DNA of 64,000 bases from Bacteroidota bacterium (GTDB lineage Bacteria; Bacteroidota; Ignavibacteria; OLB7), in assembly GCA_048498995.1 (NCBI GenBank), contig JBEHWX010000005.1, positions 12,758 to 76,757 of the forward strand, read 5' to 3'. The translations under genes were made by a program, and so were the position numbers. Positions 9,401-15,544 of this stretch are shown here, one piece after another. The notes under the pieces are model-generated. The model had not been told where the DNA came from. It was given only the letters and a program-made list of their open reading frames with translations, and made no database searches. Every line of letters starts with the position of its first letter. Within the stretch, counting starts at the first letter, position 1.

Positions 9401-11339
9401 CAGCGAGCTTCGCGGTCGCGATGGCACCGTCGGCGATCTTCGCCGACGTGATGGCGCCGTCGGTTACGTGCGTCGTGGTAACGGCGTTGGTGCCGAGCTT
9501 CGCGGAGGTTACCGCGCTGTCGGCGAGCTTGGCGGTCGTGACATTGCCGTCGACGATCTTCGCGGAGGTCACCGATCCGTCAGCCAGCTTCGCGGTGGTC
9601 ACCGATCCATCGACAAGCTTCGCGGTCGAGACCGAGCCATCGGCAAGCTTCGCCGTGGTCACGGCGCCGTCAGTCAGATCACCCGTCGTGATGCTGTTGG
9701 CCAGATTGAGCTTGCTGTAGGCGATGGCGGCGGTCGGCGAAACATCGGCGTTGACGATCGTGCCGTCGGCGATCTTCGCCGAGGTCACCGATCCGTCGGT
9801 CAGCTTCGCGGTACCGATGGCGCCGTCGGCGATCTTCGCCGAGGTGATCGCGCCGTCGGCAACATGGGTCGTGGTGACGGCGTTGGTGCCGAGCTTCGCG
9901 GAGGTCACCGCGCTATCGGCCAGCTTCGCCGTGGTCACATTGCCATCGACGATCTTCGCCGTCGAGACCGAGCCGTCGGCCAGCTTCGCGGAGGTGACGG
10001 AGCCATCGGCGAGCTTCGCGGTCGTGGCGCTGCCGTCGGCCAGCTTGGCCGAGGTCACGCCGCCGTCGGCGAGCTTCGCGGTCGTCACGCTGCCATCGGC
10101 CAGCTTCGTGGAGGTCACGGCATTGGCGGCGATGGTCGGGTTCGGGAAGGTGCCGGTCAGATCTCCACCGGCCTCGCCGGTCGGCGGCAGCGACGTCGGG
10201 GCTCCGGAGAGCTTCGAGTAGCTGATGCCGTTGGCGACCTTCGCGTCGGTGATCGCGCCGTCGGCCACGTGGGCAGTAGTGACCGCGCCGGTGCCGAGCT
10301 TCACGCTGGTCACCGCGCTGTCGGCGAGCTTCGCCGTGGTCACCGAGCCGTTGGCAAGCTTCGCCGTCGTGACCGAGCCATCGGCCAGCTTCGCCGTCGA
10401 GACCGAGCCATCGGCGAGCTTCGCGCTGGTCACGGCACCGTCGGCCAGGTCACCGGTCGCGATGCTGTTGGCCAGGTCGAGCTTGCTGTAGGCGATGGCG
10501 GCGCTCGGCGAGACATCGGCATCGATGATCGTGCCGTCGAGGATCTTCGCGGTGGTCACCGAACCATCTGCCAGCTTCGCGGTCGCAACCGAGCCGTCAG
10601 CCAGCTTCGTGGAGGTCACCGAACCGTCGACGATCTTCGCGGAGGTCACCGAGCCGTCAGCCAGCTTCGTGGAGGTAACGCTCCCATCGGCCAGTTTGGC
10701 CGAGCTCACCGATCCGTCTGCCAGCTTGGCGGTGATCACCGATCCGTCGATCAGCTTCGTCGAGGTGACGCTGCCATCGGCCAGCTTCGGGGAGGTCACC
10801 GCGCCATCGGCCAGCTTCGGAGTCGTGACCGAGCCGTCGGCAAGTTTCGCGGTGGTCACCGATCCGTTGGCCAGCTTCGCTCCGGTGATCGATCCGTCGA
10901 GGATCGAGCTCATGTCGATCTCGCCGGCAACGGCCATCGAGGTGTCGGCCCGGTGCGCGCGCACCGCGTACGGGGAGATCGGTAGCTGGATACGCGGGGT
11001 CAGCTCCGCGCCGCTGCCGACGCTGATGCCCACCCAATACTGCTGGTCGAACTGAATGCTCGCGAGCGACGTGTAATTGCCGAGGATGACATTGAAGCGC
11101 TTCACCTGGCCGGCCGTGATCAGGGGCACATTGAAGCTCTCGGTCCAGATTGCCGTTCCGCCGGAAGCGGACGTATACAGTCTGAAGGTCATCATCGGGT
11201 TGGTGCTCAACCCAGCCTGGGTGTTCGTAAGATCACCCTGTAGACTCAAGGTAGGTGGCACCTGCGCATACGCGGACGTACCGCTCAGCGCAATCACGCC
11301 GCATGTTACGATCGCATGCAGTAGTGATCGGTTCCTCAT
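453..11339 (-). CDS. Giant secreted decapeptide-repeat protein (tail-fibre-like), 3,628 aa
   Basis: Uninterrupted ORF (track 453..11384). I prefer the ATG at 11339 because GGGAG lies 7 nt upstream and it gives a Sec signal peptide (MRNRSLLHAIVTCGVIALSGTSAYA|Q). After a ~150-aa N-terminal domain, most of the length is a 10-aa repeat [KR][LIV]AD[GSA]xVT[TS]x. It is punctuated 8 times by GGDL[TS]GT[YF]PNPTIA, by AIAYSKL[ND]L, and by PTGA[ST]xGQxLxYNG motifs. Two ~110-aa copies of 'NATLSGNG..NTWTANQTF..' lie near the C-terminus. Confidence 0.85.
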   Translation of the reverse strand: MRNRSLLHAIVTCGVIALSGTSAYAQVPPTLSLQGDLTNTQAGLSTNPMMTFRLYTSASGGTAIWTESFNVPLITAGQVKRFNVILGNYTSLASIQFDQQYWVGISVGSGAELTPRIQLPISPYAVRAHRADTSMAVAGEIDMSSILDGSITGAKLANGSVTTAKLADGSVTTPKLADGAVTSPKLADGSVTSTKLIDGSVITAKLADGSVSSAKLADGSVTSTKLADGSVTSAKIVDGSVTSTKLADGSVATAKLADGSVTTAKILDGTIIDADVSPSAAIAYSKLDLANSIATGDLADGAVTSAKLADGSVSTAKLADGSVTTAKLANGSVTTAKLADSAVTSVKLGTGAVTTAHVADGAITDAKVANGISYSKLSGAPTSLPPTGEAGGDLTGTFPNPTIAANAVTSTKLADGSVTTAKLADGGVTSAKLADGSATTAKLADGSVTSAKLADGSVSTAKIVDGNVTTAKLADSAVTSAKLGTNAVTTTHVADGAITSAKIADGAIGTAKLTDGSVTSAKIADGTIVNADVSPTAAIAYSKLNLANSITTGDLTDGAVTTAKLADGSVSTAKLVDGSVTTAKLADGSVTSAKIVDGNVTTAKLADSAVTSAKLGTNAVTTTHVTDGAITSAKIADGAIATAKLADGSVTTPKLADASVTATKLADGSVTTAKLADSAVTSAKLGTNAVTTAHVTDGAITSAKLADGSVTTAKLVDGSVSTAKLADGGVTTAKLADSSVTGAKLGTNAVNTAHVTDGAITSAKIADGAIGTAKLADGSVTSAKIADGTIVDADVSPTASIAYGKLNLNNSIVTSDLTDGSVTTAKLADGSVSTAKLADGGVTTAKIVDGNVTTAKLADSSVTSAKLGTNAVNTAHLADGSVTTPKLADGAATTAKLADGSVTTVKLADGSVTTAKIVDGNVTTAKLADSSVTGVKLGTNAVNTAHLVDGAITTAKIADANVTTAKLADGSVTTAKIVDGNVTTAKLADSSVTSAKLGTNAVNTAHLADGSVTTPKLADGAVTTAKMADANVTTAKLADSSVTGVKLGTNAVTTAHIADGSVTTPKLADGAATTAKLADGSVTTAKLADGSVTTAKLADSSVTGAKLGTSAVTTAHLADGSVTTPKLADGAATTAKLADGSVTTVKLADGSVTTAKIVDGNVTTAKLADSSVTGVKLGTNAVNTAHVVDGAITTAKLADANVTTAKLADGSVTTAKIVDGNVTTAKLADSSVTSVKLAADAVNTAHLADGSVTTPKLADGAVTTVKLADANVTTAKLADGSVTTAKLADSSVTGVKLGTNAVNTAHVADGAITTSKIADANVTTAKLADGSVTTAKLADGNVTTAKLADSSVTGAKLGTGAVTTAHIADGSVTTPKLADGAATTAKLADGSVTTAKIVDGNVTTAKLADSSVTGAKLGTSAVNTAHVADGAIVTSKLADANVTTAKLADGSVTTAKLADSSVTSLKIGTAAVNTAHVADGAITTPKLADGNVTTPKLADSSITSVKLGTGSVTTVHVADGAITTSKISDANVTTAKLADGSVTTPKLADSAVTSLKLGTNAVNTAHVADGAITTSKIADANVTTAKLADGSVTTSKIADANVTTAKLADGSVTTSKIADANVTTAKLADSSVTSVKLAADAVNTAQLADGSVTTPKLADGAVTTAKMADANVTTSKLADGSVTTPKLADSAVTSVKIGTNAVTTVHVADGAITTAKMADANVTTAKLADGSVTTAKIADGNVTTAKLADSSVTSLKLGTAAVNTAHVADGAITTSKLADGSVTTAKIVDANVTTAKLADSSVTSVKLGTDAVNTAHVADGAITSAKIADGTITNADVNASAAIAYSKLDLAGSIATGDLANGSVTSAKIADSTITDADVSPTAAINYSKLNLANSIVTADLTNNAVTTAKIADGSVTTAKLADSAVTSLKIGTGAVNTAHIADGSVISIKLADGSVLTAKIADAAITTVKISDDAVTSAKIADGAITNADVNASAAIAYSKLNLTGSIATTDLVDGSVTSAKIADGTIANADVATNAAIAYSKLNLTNSIVAADLTDGSVTTAKLADANVTTAKIADGTIATADLADASVTTAKLADSSVTSVKIGAAAVNTAHLADGSVTSAKISDGTITNADVNASAAIAYSKLNLANSIATSDLTDSSVTSAKIADSTIMDVDVAPNAAIAYSKLNLTNHIVNSDLTLGAVNSVSIEDESVVAVDIASGAVTTAKLADEAVTLPKIDPTGASAGQSLMYNGSSLVWGGSTPGGAAGGDLTGTYPNPTIANDAVTSAKIADGTIATSDLADGSVTSAKIADGTIATGDLANGSVTSAKIADGTIVNADVSPTAAIAYSKLALTSSIVNGDIAVGAVNSASIADASIVAADIAAGAVTTSKLADGSVTTAKLADSAVTSVKLGTNAVNTAHVKDGAITSAKILDGTIATGDLADGSVTSAKIADGAITNADVNASAAIAYSKLNLANSIVTADLTDGSVTTAKLADSAVTSLKLGTAAVNTAHVADGAITDAKVANGISYSKLTGAPTDLPPSGAAGGDLSGTYPNPTIAANAVTTSKISDANVTTAKLADASVTTVKVADGNVTTAKLADSAVTSLKLGTSAVNTAHVADGAITSAKIADGTIVDADINASAAIAYSKLNLSNSIVAGDITADAVTTSKIADGSVTTPKLADGSVTTAKIVDANVTTAKLADSAVTSLKLGTAAVNTAHVADGAITDAKVANGISYSKLTGAPTDLPPSGAAGGDLSGTYPNPTIAANAVTTSKITDANVTTAKLADSAVTSVKLGTDAVNTAHVADGAITSAKIADGTIVDADINASAAIAYSKLNLSNSIVAGDITADAVTTSKIADGNVTTAKLADSAVTSLKLGTAAVNTAHVADGAITDAKVANGISYSKLTGAPTDLPPSGAAGGDLSGTYPNPTIAANAVTTSKITDGNVTTSKLADSAVTSLKLGTDAVTTAHVADGAITSAKIADGTIVSADLATGAVATSNIDPTGATSGQALTYNGTNVVWSTPTSNVTHNATLSGNGSSGSPLAVNLGNANTWTANQTFAGTFMIASNSRIALTNSDNNARDIRWQEPSGTGTQYVGLRAPSVSNSGNYVLPAVVGSVGQVLSLATSNGIDSATMTWITPTASGTAGGDLTGTYPNPTIADNAVTTSKIADANVTLAKISAAGASSGQVIGYDGANVVWTTGGASGSAGGDLTGTYPNPTIANDAVTSAKIADGTIVDADISSSAAIAYSKLSLANSIVAADLTDGAVTSAKILDGTIATADLADSAVSGLKLATNAVTTAHIANAAVTPSKIDPTGATSGQALTYNGTNVAWTTVSATVTHNATLSGNGTSGSPLAVNLGNANTWTANQTFAGTFMIASNSRIALTNSDNNGRDIRWQEPSGTGTQYVGLRAPSVSNSGNYVLPAVVGSVGQVLSLATSNGVDSATMTWTTPTATPSGSAGGDLSGTYPNPTIASNAVTTSKISDGNVTPAKMSTSGASTGQVLTYNGSSAAWGYGRVKMARTTVTGAPGGTTYNAASTDEIIGVDVTSGPATVNLPAANSVPAGAVIVIKNELGNAGTNNITISRSGTDLINASSTSLSITFGTATGSFRLYSDGVSRWHQW
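850..2340 (-). repeat. Long direct duplication inside the giant gene (two ~0.55-kb copies, 939-bp offset)
   Basis: Near-identical DNA at ~850..1400 and ~1790..2340. For example, 981 ggtcatcgtggccgagtcca.. matches 1920 ggtcatcgtggccgagtcga... The plus-strand shadow ORFs 1066..1353 and 2005..2292 both begin MPLFETDGARRPTYCVPVPLGSCQR. Confidence 0.85.
6481..6623 (-). repeat. Exact 60-bp tandem duplication (2 full copies plus 23 nt of a third)
   Basis: Lines 6481..6540 and 6541..6600 are identical (gcgtcggcgatcttcgaggtcgtcaccgagccgtcggcaagcttcgccgtcgtcacgttc). The next 23 nt repeat again. This encodes (TSKIADANVTTAKLADGSVT)n. Confidence 0.95.
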
Positions 11340-11346
11340 TATGAAA

Positions 11347-11351
11347 CTCCC
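11347..11351 (-). promoter_or_regulatory. Shine-Dalgarno-like GGGAG for the giant gene
   Basis: Minus-strand GGGAG lies 7 nt upstream of the ATG at 11339. Confidence 0.5.
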
Positions 11352-12035
11352 GTTATTGGTCCTTACCGGGCACGAGGTCGTCATCCAGGCGGAGGGGTGA
11401 AGCGAGGCAGGAGAGCTGGCTGATCGAGATCGCCGGATCTAGATATTGTGCGAAACTGATGTTATGTGGCCGGAATCGGAATGACGCGTTCCGTTCCGTG
11501 TTGGTCGACCGAGGAAGAATGCAACAGCATCACCCCTGGGAAGAGAGGAGATGGGGTCCTCGACGTCACGACGTCCGCATCGACGCCCTCAAGCAACAAC
11601 GCTGATCTTCATCACGAGAAGCGGCGATGGCCTGCCACCTCTCCCTCACGCGCTGCTTGCTTCGTACCGGGGGCGTGATGTCAACGACAAGATGAATGCG
11701 CGACGGGCATCGCCATCCAAAATCAACGTCGTCAATTCTGTCCACCGAGGTGGGGATGTCCCCTTCGGGCCTTCCCGGTGAACGATTGTGGAGTACGGTC
11801 CCAGATTGTGGGCGGGCAAATATACATGGCCATTTCGAAACGGCCCAATATGGGATGGAAATATGTTCAGCCATCATTCACCCCTCCCTCTCCCACGCTT
11901 CCGGCCCTCCCACGCCGGAATCCTCTCCCGAGCGGCACCCGGTTCCTCGGGGCCGGACGATGCCTCGGCCGATTGGCGAGCTCTTTGCATGGTCCGCCGG
12001 GGATGGCTTCGACAACAGACGCGGGAGAATGAAGG

Positions 12036-12383
12036 ATGAATCCGAAGTTCGATCTGGAGCAGGCCGGCGAGCTCCTCGGCAAGCGGGTGATCGTCGATCT
12101 GACGGTCCGTGACCATGACGAGCGGCTGGTCGAGCGGCGGCAGCTGTTCGGAGAGATCCAGCGGATCAACGAGAACGAGGGGGTGGTGCTGGAGCTGATC
12201 CCCTCCGGCGGCGATTATCGCCTCATCCCGGATCTCGACCAGTTCGTCCCGCTCGAACCGGGGGCCTACCGACTGGAGCCCGCGGGAGAAACGGCGGTCG
12301 ATCCGGACTTCCGCTTCGCCTCGGTGGTCCACCTTCCCCCACCCGAATACGACGGGGCGGCACGGGGAAGCGAGGCCGGATGA
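12036..12383 (+). CDS. Hypothetical protein, 115 aa
   Basis: ATG ORF with a balanced, non-Arg/Pro-biased composition (MNPKFDLEQAGELLGKRVIVDLTVRDHDERLVERRQLFGEIQRINENEG..). GGGAG/GAAGG lies just upstream. I recognise no motif. Confidence 0.5.
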   Translation: MNPKFDLEQAGELLGKRVIVDLTVRDHDERLVERRQLFGEIQRINENEGVVLELIPSGGDYRLIPDLDQFVPLEPGAYRLEPAGETAVDPDFRFASVVHLPPPEYDGAARGSEAG

Positions 12384-12742
12384 AGCGGTGGAAGCCACGC
12401 TCGCGCGGACCCTTACGCGACGTCGCTTTGGCATACTCACCATCGGCTCCTTCCCCTAGTATGCCGTAATACACCCAAAAATCGCGGCAGAATCGACGGT
12501 TTGGAAGACATTCTGGCGGGCGCGTGCCACGCTCCGGCCAACTTTTTGCTTGCTTTGGGAAGAACCCGGGCAGTACCTTCGTCATGGGTTTGATGCGCAC
12601 AGCCCTCCCGTGACCAGCACGGGAAGCAGGTTCAACCACACAACGTCACTACGTACCAGCATCGACAGCACGGACTCCCGGGGATGTTTCCGAACGGCCA
12701 TTCGGACGCACGCACCGTAGCGTCGAACGCACACCACTATTC

Positions 12743-12747
12743 AGGAG
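12743..12747 (+). promoter_or_regulatory. Shine-Dalgarno AGGAG for the 12755 gene
   Basis: ttcAGGAGaagatcaATG; the spacing is 7 nt. Confidence 0.6.
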
Positions 12748-12754
12748 AAGATCA

Positions 12755-13894
12755 ATGTCTCAGCGCAAGAACAGCGGGCGCTCCACGGGGAAGGAGACGG
12801 CCGCAACGACCACCACGAACGACCTGCATCAGGAGCTCGCCGCACTTCAGGCGGCGGCCACGACTCGTCTTCTCAGCCTTGAGGAGACCGCCAGGATCGC
12901 CGAGCTCAGCAACTTCCTCGCGGTTCAGAGCCATGCTTCGCTCACGGCTCCGAAGGCCGCGCTCGGACCGCTCAGCGCGGTGACCGCCTCGCCGGCCGAC
13001 ATCACCGACGAGCTGGCCAAGGGAGGCCCGGCCTTCGGCGCCTTCGTCAAGAGCGTCGGCCTCGGCGTCGCCGATGCCCAGAGCGCGCTCGACCAGAACC
13101 TCGTCACCACCGCCCAAGCCCTCTCGAACACCAACATCGACGTGATCAGCGTGGTGCAGCAGGTGATCGACCCGACCGACGGCAGCCTTCAGAGCCTGAA
13201 CATCATCAAGGAGAAGCTGCCCTTGATCAACTTCCTGCCGCCGGTCTCCTATCAATGGACCCGCGTCTTCCTGCAGGCGGATATGAAGGTCTCGGAGTTC
13301 AACAGCGCCAACGGCTTCAACGTTCAGGGGAAGTCGAAGAGCTTCAGCGCCGGCATCTCCGGCAGCTACGGCACCGGCGGCTTCGGCATCAGCGGCGGAC
13401 TCCGCTACGGCTCGAGCAGCTACAGCGCCTCGGGCGAAAGCTCCTACAGCCAGGACGTGGCCGCCGGCAGCATGCACATGGAGGCGACCCTCGAGCCGCG
13501 TCCGGACATGGTGATTCCGCCGCCGTTCGTGCTCCAGAAGGGGCCGCGGCTGCGCGCGATGCCGAGCGGCATCATCAACATCGGCACCTCGCCGAACTAC
13601 ACCGGCCGCAAGGTGGTGATCACCCTCGAGCTGCTCAACGGCAGCACCGGGCTGGCCGGCAAGACGCTGGAGTTCCACACCAGCGACCCGATGGTCACCT
13701 ACAAGACCTGGCAGGCGTACGACTTCAACACCAACACCGGTTCGACCACCAGCACCGCCACCAACTCGACCGGCATCCTCTATCTGGAAGTCATTCGTGA
13801 CGGCGCGGCGTTCGATCCGGCCAAGGCCCCGACCCAGGTCGTTATCCGCTCGTGGTTCGGCCTCGTGGCCGCCGAGAGCGCCATCGTGGTGTAA
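12755..13894 (+). CDS. Hypothetical protein, 379 aa: helix motif, Gly/Ser/Tyr-rich beta insert, and a C-terminal Ig-like-looking domain; no signal peptide
   Basis: Strong SD and protein-like composition. Contains the motif SVGLGVADAQSALD, a low-complexity insert SGSYGTGGFGISGGLRYGSSSYSASGESSYS, and then ..SMHMEATLEPRP. The C-terminal ~120 aa (RKVVITLELLNGSTGLAGKTLEFHTSD..TNSTGILYLEVIRDG) resembles bacterial Ig-like folds by eye. Confidence 0.75.
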   Translation: MSQRKNSGRSTGKETAATTTTNDLHQELAALQAAATTRLLSLEETARIAELSNFLAVQSHASLTAPKAALGPLSAVTASPADITDELAKGGPAFGAFVKSVGLGVADAQSALDQNLVTTAQALSNTNIDVISVVQQVIDPTDGSLQSLNIIKEKLPLINFLPPVSYQWTRVFLQADMKVSEFNSANGFNVQGKSKSFSAGISGSYGTGGFGISGGLRYGSSSYSASGESSYSQDVAAGSMHMEATLEPRPDMVIPPPFVLQKGPRLRAMPSGIINIGTSPNYTGRKVVITLELLNGSTGLAGKTLEFHTSDPMVTYKTWQAYDFNTNTGSTTSTATNSTGILYLEVIRDGAAFDPAKAPTQVVIRSWFGLVAAESAIVV

Positions 13895-13898
13895 CGCC

Positions 13899-15179
13899 AT
13901 GGCACTTACTGATTTCCACCGCAGATTCGACGACAGCGTCCGCTGGCGTCTCACACCCGATGGTGTCGAGATCGAGGGGAGCGGCATCGAGCGGACGAAG
14001 GGAAATCCGGCCACGGTCACCAAGGTCTGGGAGAGTTATTCGGCGGAGATCAACCGCACGGCACGCTCACGAGGCGTGCCGTGCGCCTTGATCATCGCCA
14101 CGATCTGCACCGAATCGGGAGGACGCGCCTCGGCGATCCGCCTGGAGCCCGGCTACAAGTCGGACCAGGCGACGCCGGGAAAGGTCAGCCCGGGGCTGAT
14201 GCAGACGTTGATCTCCACGGCGCGCGAAGCGATGAAGGACAACTCGATCGATCGGGATTGGCTGCTGAAGGCGGGCAACTCGATCGAGGCGGGAACGGCG
14301 GTGATCGCCAAACAGTCCAGCAAGACGCACCTCGATCCCCCGTTGGTGGCCGCCGCCTACAACTCCGGCGGCGTCTACGAGCAGACCGGGGCGAACAATC
14401 GCTGGAAGCTGCGCCAGTACCCGATCGGTACCAGCGCTCACTGCGATCGCTTCATCAAGTTCTTCAACGACGCGGTCTACGTGCTGAAGAACCATGGGAC
14501 CAAGCCCTCGGTCGGGATCGAGAAGCTGCTCGACAACGCAGTCACCTCGGTCGGTCCGAGTGCCACATCCGGAACCACGAACGCCCCCGCGGCCAACAGC
14601 GCCACCGTCTCCGGCAGCCCGCGGGTCGCGTCCTCTCCCGGAGGACGGTCCTCCACCGGAGGACGGCAGGAGACGAAGTCGTCGAATGATATCAAGATCT
14701 CCTTCGGCCCGAACGCGAAGGCAGCCGACGTGACCGCCTACTCACGGACGGTCCTGGAGGAGATCATGAGAGCGGCCGACCTGAAGTCGGCTTCGATCTC
14801 AAGCACGCAACGGAATCCGGCCGATCAGGCTCGCGTGATGTACAACAACCTCGAGAAGTACGGCGTCGCCGCGCAGAAGAAGCTCTACGCGGCCGCCGGC
14901 GACAAGGTGATCGACGTCTACGCGAAGTCGAAAGCAGCCAACAAGTCCGCCGACCAGATCAAGGCGGACATGGAGCGGAAGATCATCGAGCTCGGGCCGA
15001 CCAGCGTCTCCCGACATGCTTCCGATCCGAAGATCCTGAACGTCTTCGACGTGGATCCGAGCTCCATCAGAAACCGCCGGGGCTTCGAGCAGGCGGTCAG
15101 GTCGGACAACCGCGTCACGAAGTTCCTCGTCCCTCCGGACGATCCGGGATACCACCTGGAGATCCCGCAGAAGCAGTGA
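13899..15179 (+). CDS. Lytic transglycosylase (GH23/SLT) domain protein with an uncharacterised C-terminal domain, 426 aa; no signal peptide
   Basis: The ATG at 13899 lies 4 nt after the upstream stop; the track ORF from 13797 overlaps the previous gene. SLT motifs are present: ..ICTESGG (catalytic Glu-Ser), GLMQ, AAYNSGG. A Ser/Pro/Gly linker follows. The C-terminal ~150 aa (..ISSTQRNPADQ..VSRHASD..FDVDP..PGYHLEI) is possibly LAS/M15-like; this is tentative. Confidence 0.8.
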   Translation: MALTDFHRRFDDSVRWRLTPDGVEIEGSGIERTKGNPATVTKVWESYSAEINRTARSRGVPCALIIATICTESGGRASAIRLEPGYKSDQATPGKVSPGLMQTLISTAREAMKDNSIDRDWLLKAGNSIEAGTAVIAKQSSKTHLDPPLVAAAYNSGGVYEQTGANNRWKLRQYPIGTSAHCDRFIKFFNDAVYVLKNHGTKPSVGIEKLLDNAVTSVGPSATSGTTNAPAANSATVSGSPRVASSPGGRSSTGGRQETKSSNDIKISFGPNAKAADVTAYSRTVLEEIMRAADLKSASISSTQRNPADQARVMYNNLEKYGVAAQKKLYAAAGDKVIDVYAKSKAANKSADQIKADMERKIIELGPTSVSRHASDPKILNVFDVDPSSIRNRRGFEQAVRSDNRVTKFLVPPDDPGYHLEIPQKQ

Positions 15180-15200
15180 CCACAACGAGAGATTCGACCC

Positions 15201-15539
15201 ATGGAGTTCGAATACCTGGACCCGTCCGACGGGGAGCGCGCGCTGCCGGTGCATCCGGCGGAGCACATCTTCGCGGCGATGGCCCGCAGCATGGTCGAAG
15301 CGCAGCGCGAGCTCGATGAGGCCGCGCGCGCGGCCATCCTCGAATGGGAGAACAACGGCGTTCCCCCCTCGGCGGTCGTATGGTCACTCTGCACGGCTAC
15401 CTTCCCGTCGGTACTCGGATGCCGTCCGAAACAGGAGCCCGGGGAACAAACGCGCATGAGCATCGCCCCGCGTCAGGAGGCGCGGGGCGGTGTCTCCTTC
15501 TCGATTCGCTACCACACCACTCCACTAGAGGAGCCCTAA
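15201..15539 (+). CDS. Hypothetical protein, 112 aa, carrying the shared helix motif
   Basis: ATG lies 21 nt after the upstream stop. Contains AMARSMVEAQRELD, then a beta-like segment ending GVSFSIRYHTTPLE. It is in an operon-like tight arrangement. Confidence 0.6.
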   Translation: MEFEYLDPSDGERALPVHPAEHIFAAMARSMVEAQRELDEAARAAILEWENNGVPPSAVVWSLCTATFPSVLGCRPKQEPGEQTRMSIAPRQEARGGVSFSIRYHTTPLEEP

Positions 15540-15544
15540 CCACT

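Noticed and set aside
1302-10985. 3,227-aa plus-strand ORF, plus dozens of 60-240-aa plus-strand ORFs ('..AVVTLPSASFAVVT..') across the giant gene
   Set aside because: These are antisense shadows of the repeat array. The translations are Arg/Gly/His-rich or monotonous Ala/Val/Thr/Ser strings with no signal peptide or domain boundaries. The minus-strand frame has an SD, a signal peptide, a recognisable N-terminal domain and known motifs.
453-11339. Regular short repeats that could be mistaken for a CRISPR-like or satellite array
   Set aside because: The 30-nt period is in frame within one long ORF, there are no unique spacers between repeats, and the units are degenerate at synonymous and conservative positions. 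It is a coding tandem repeat.
11400-12035. Several 70-140-aa ORFs on both strands in the divergent intergenic region
   Set aside because: No RBS and an odd composition (Arg/Ser/Pro/His-rich). They mutually overlap. The region is more plausibly the promoter/5'-UTR space for the giant gene and the 12036 gene. I could not identify a convincing -35/-10 or Bacteroidota-type TAnnTTTG element, so no promoter is called.
12752-14023. 423-aa minus-strand ORF overlapping the first operon gene
   Set aside because: It has no RBS, an Arg/Gly/Ala-biased featureless translation, and runs opposite a gene with a strong SD and operon context.
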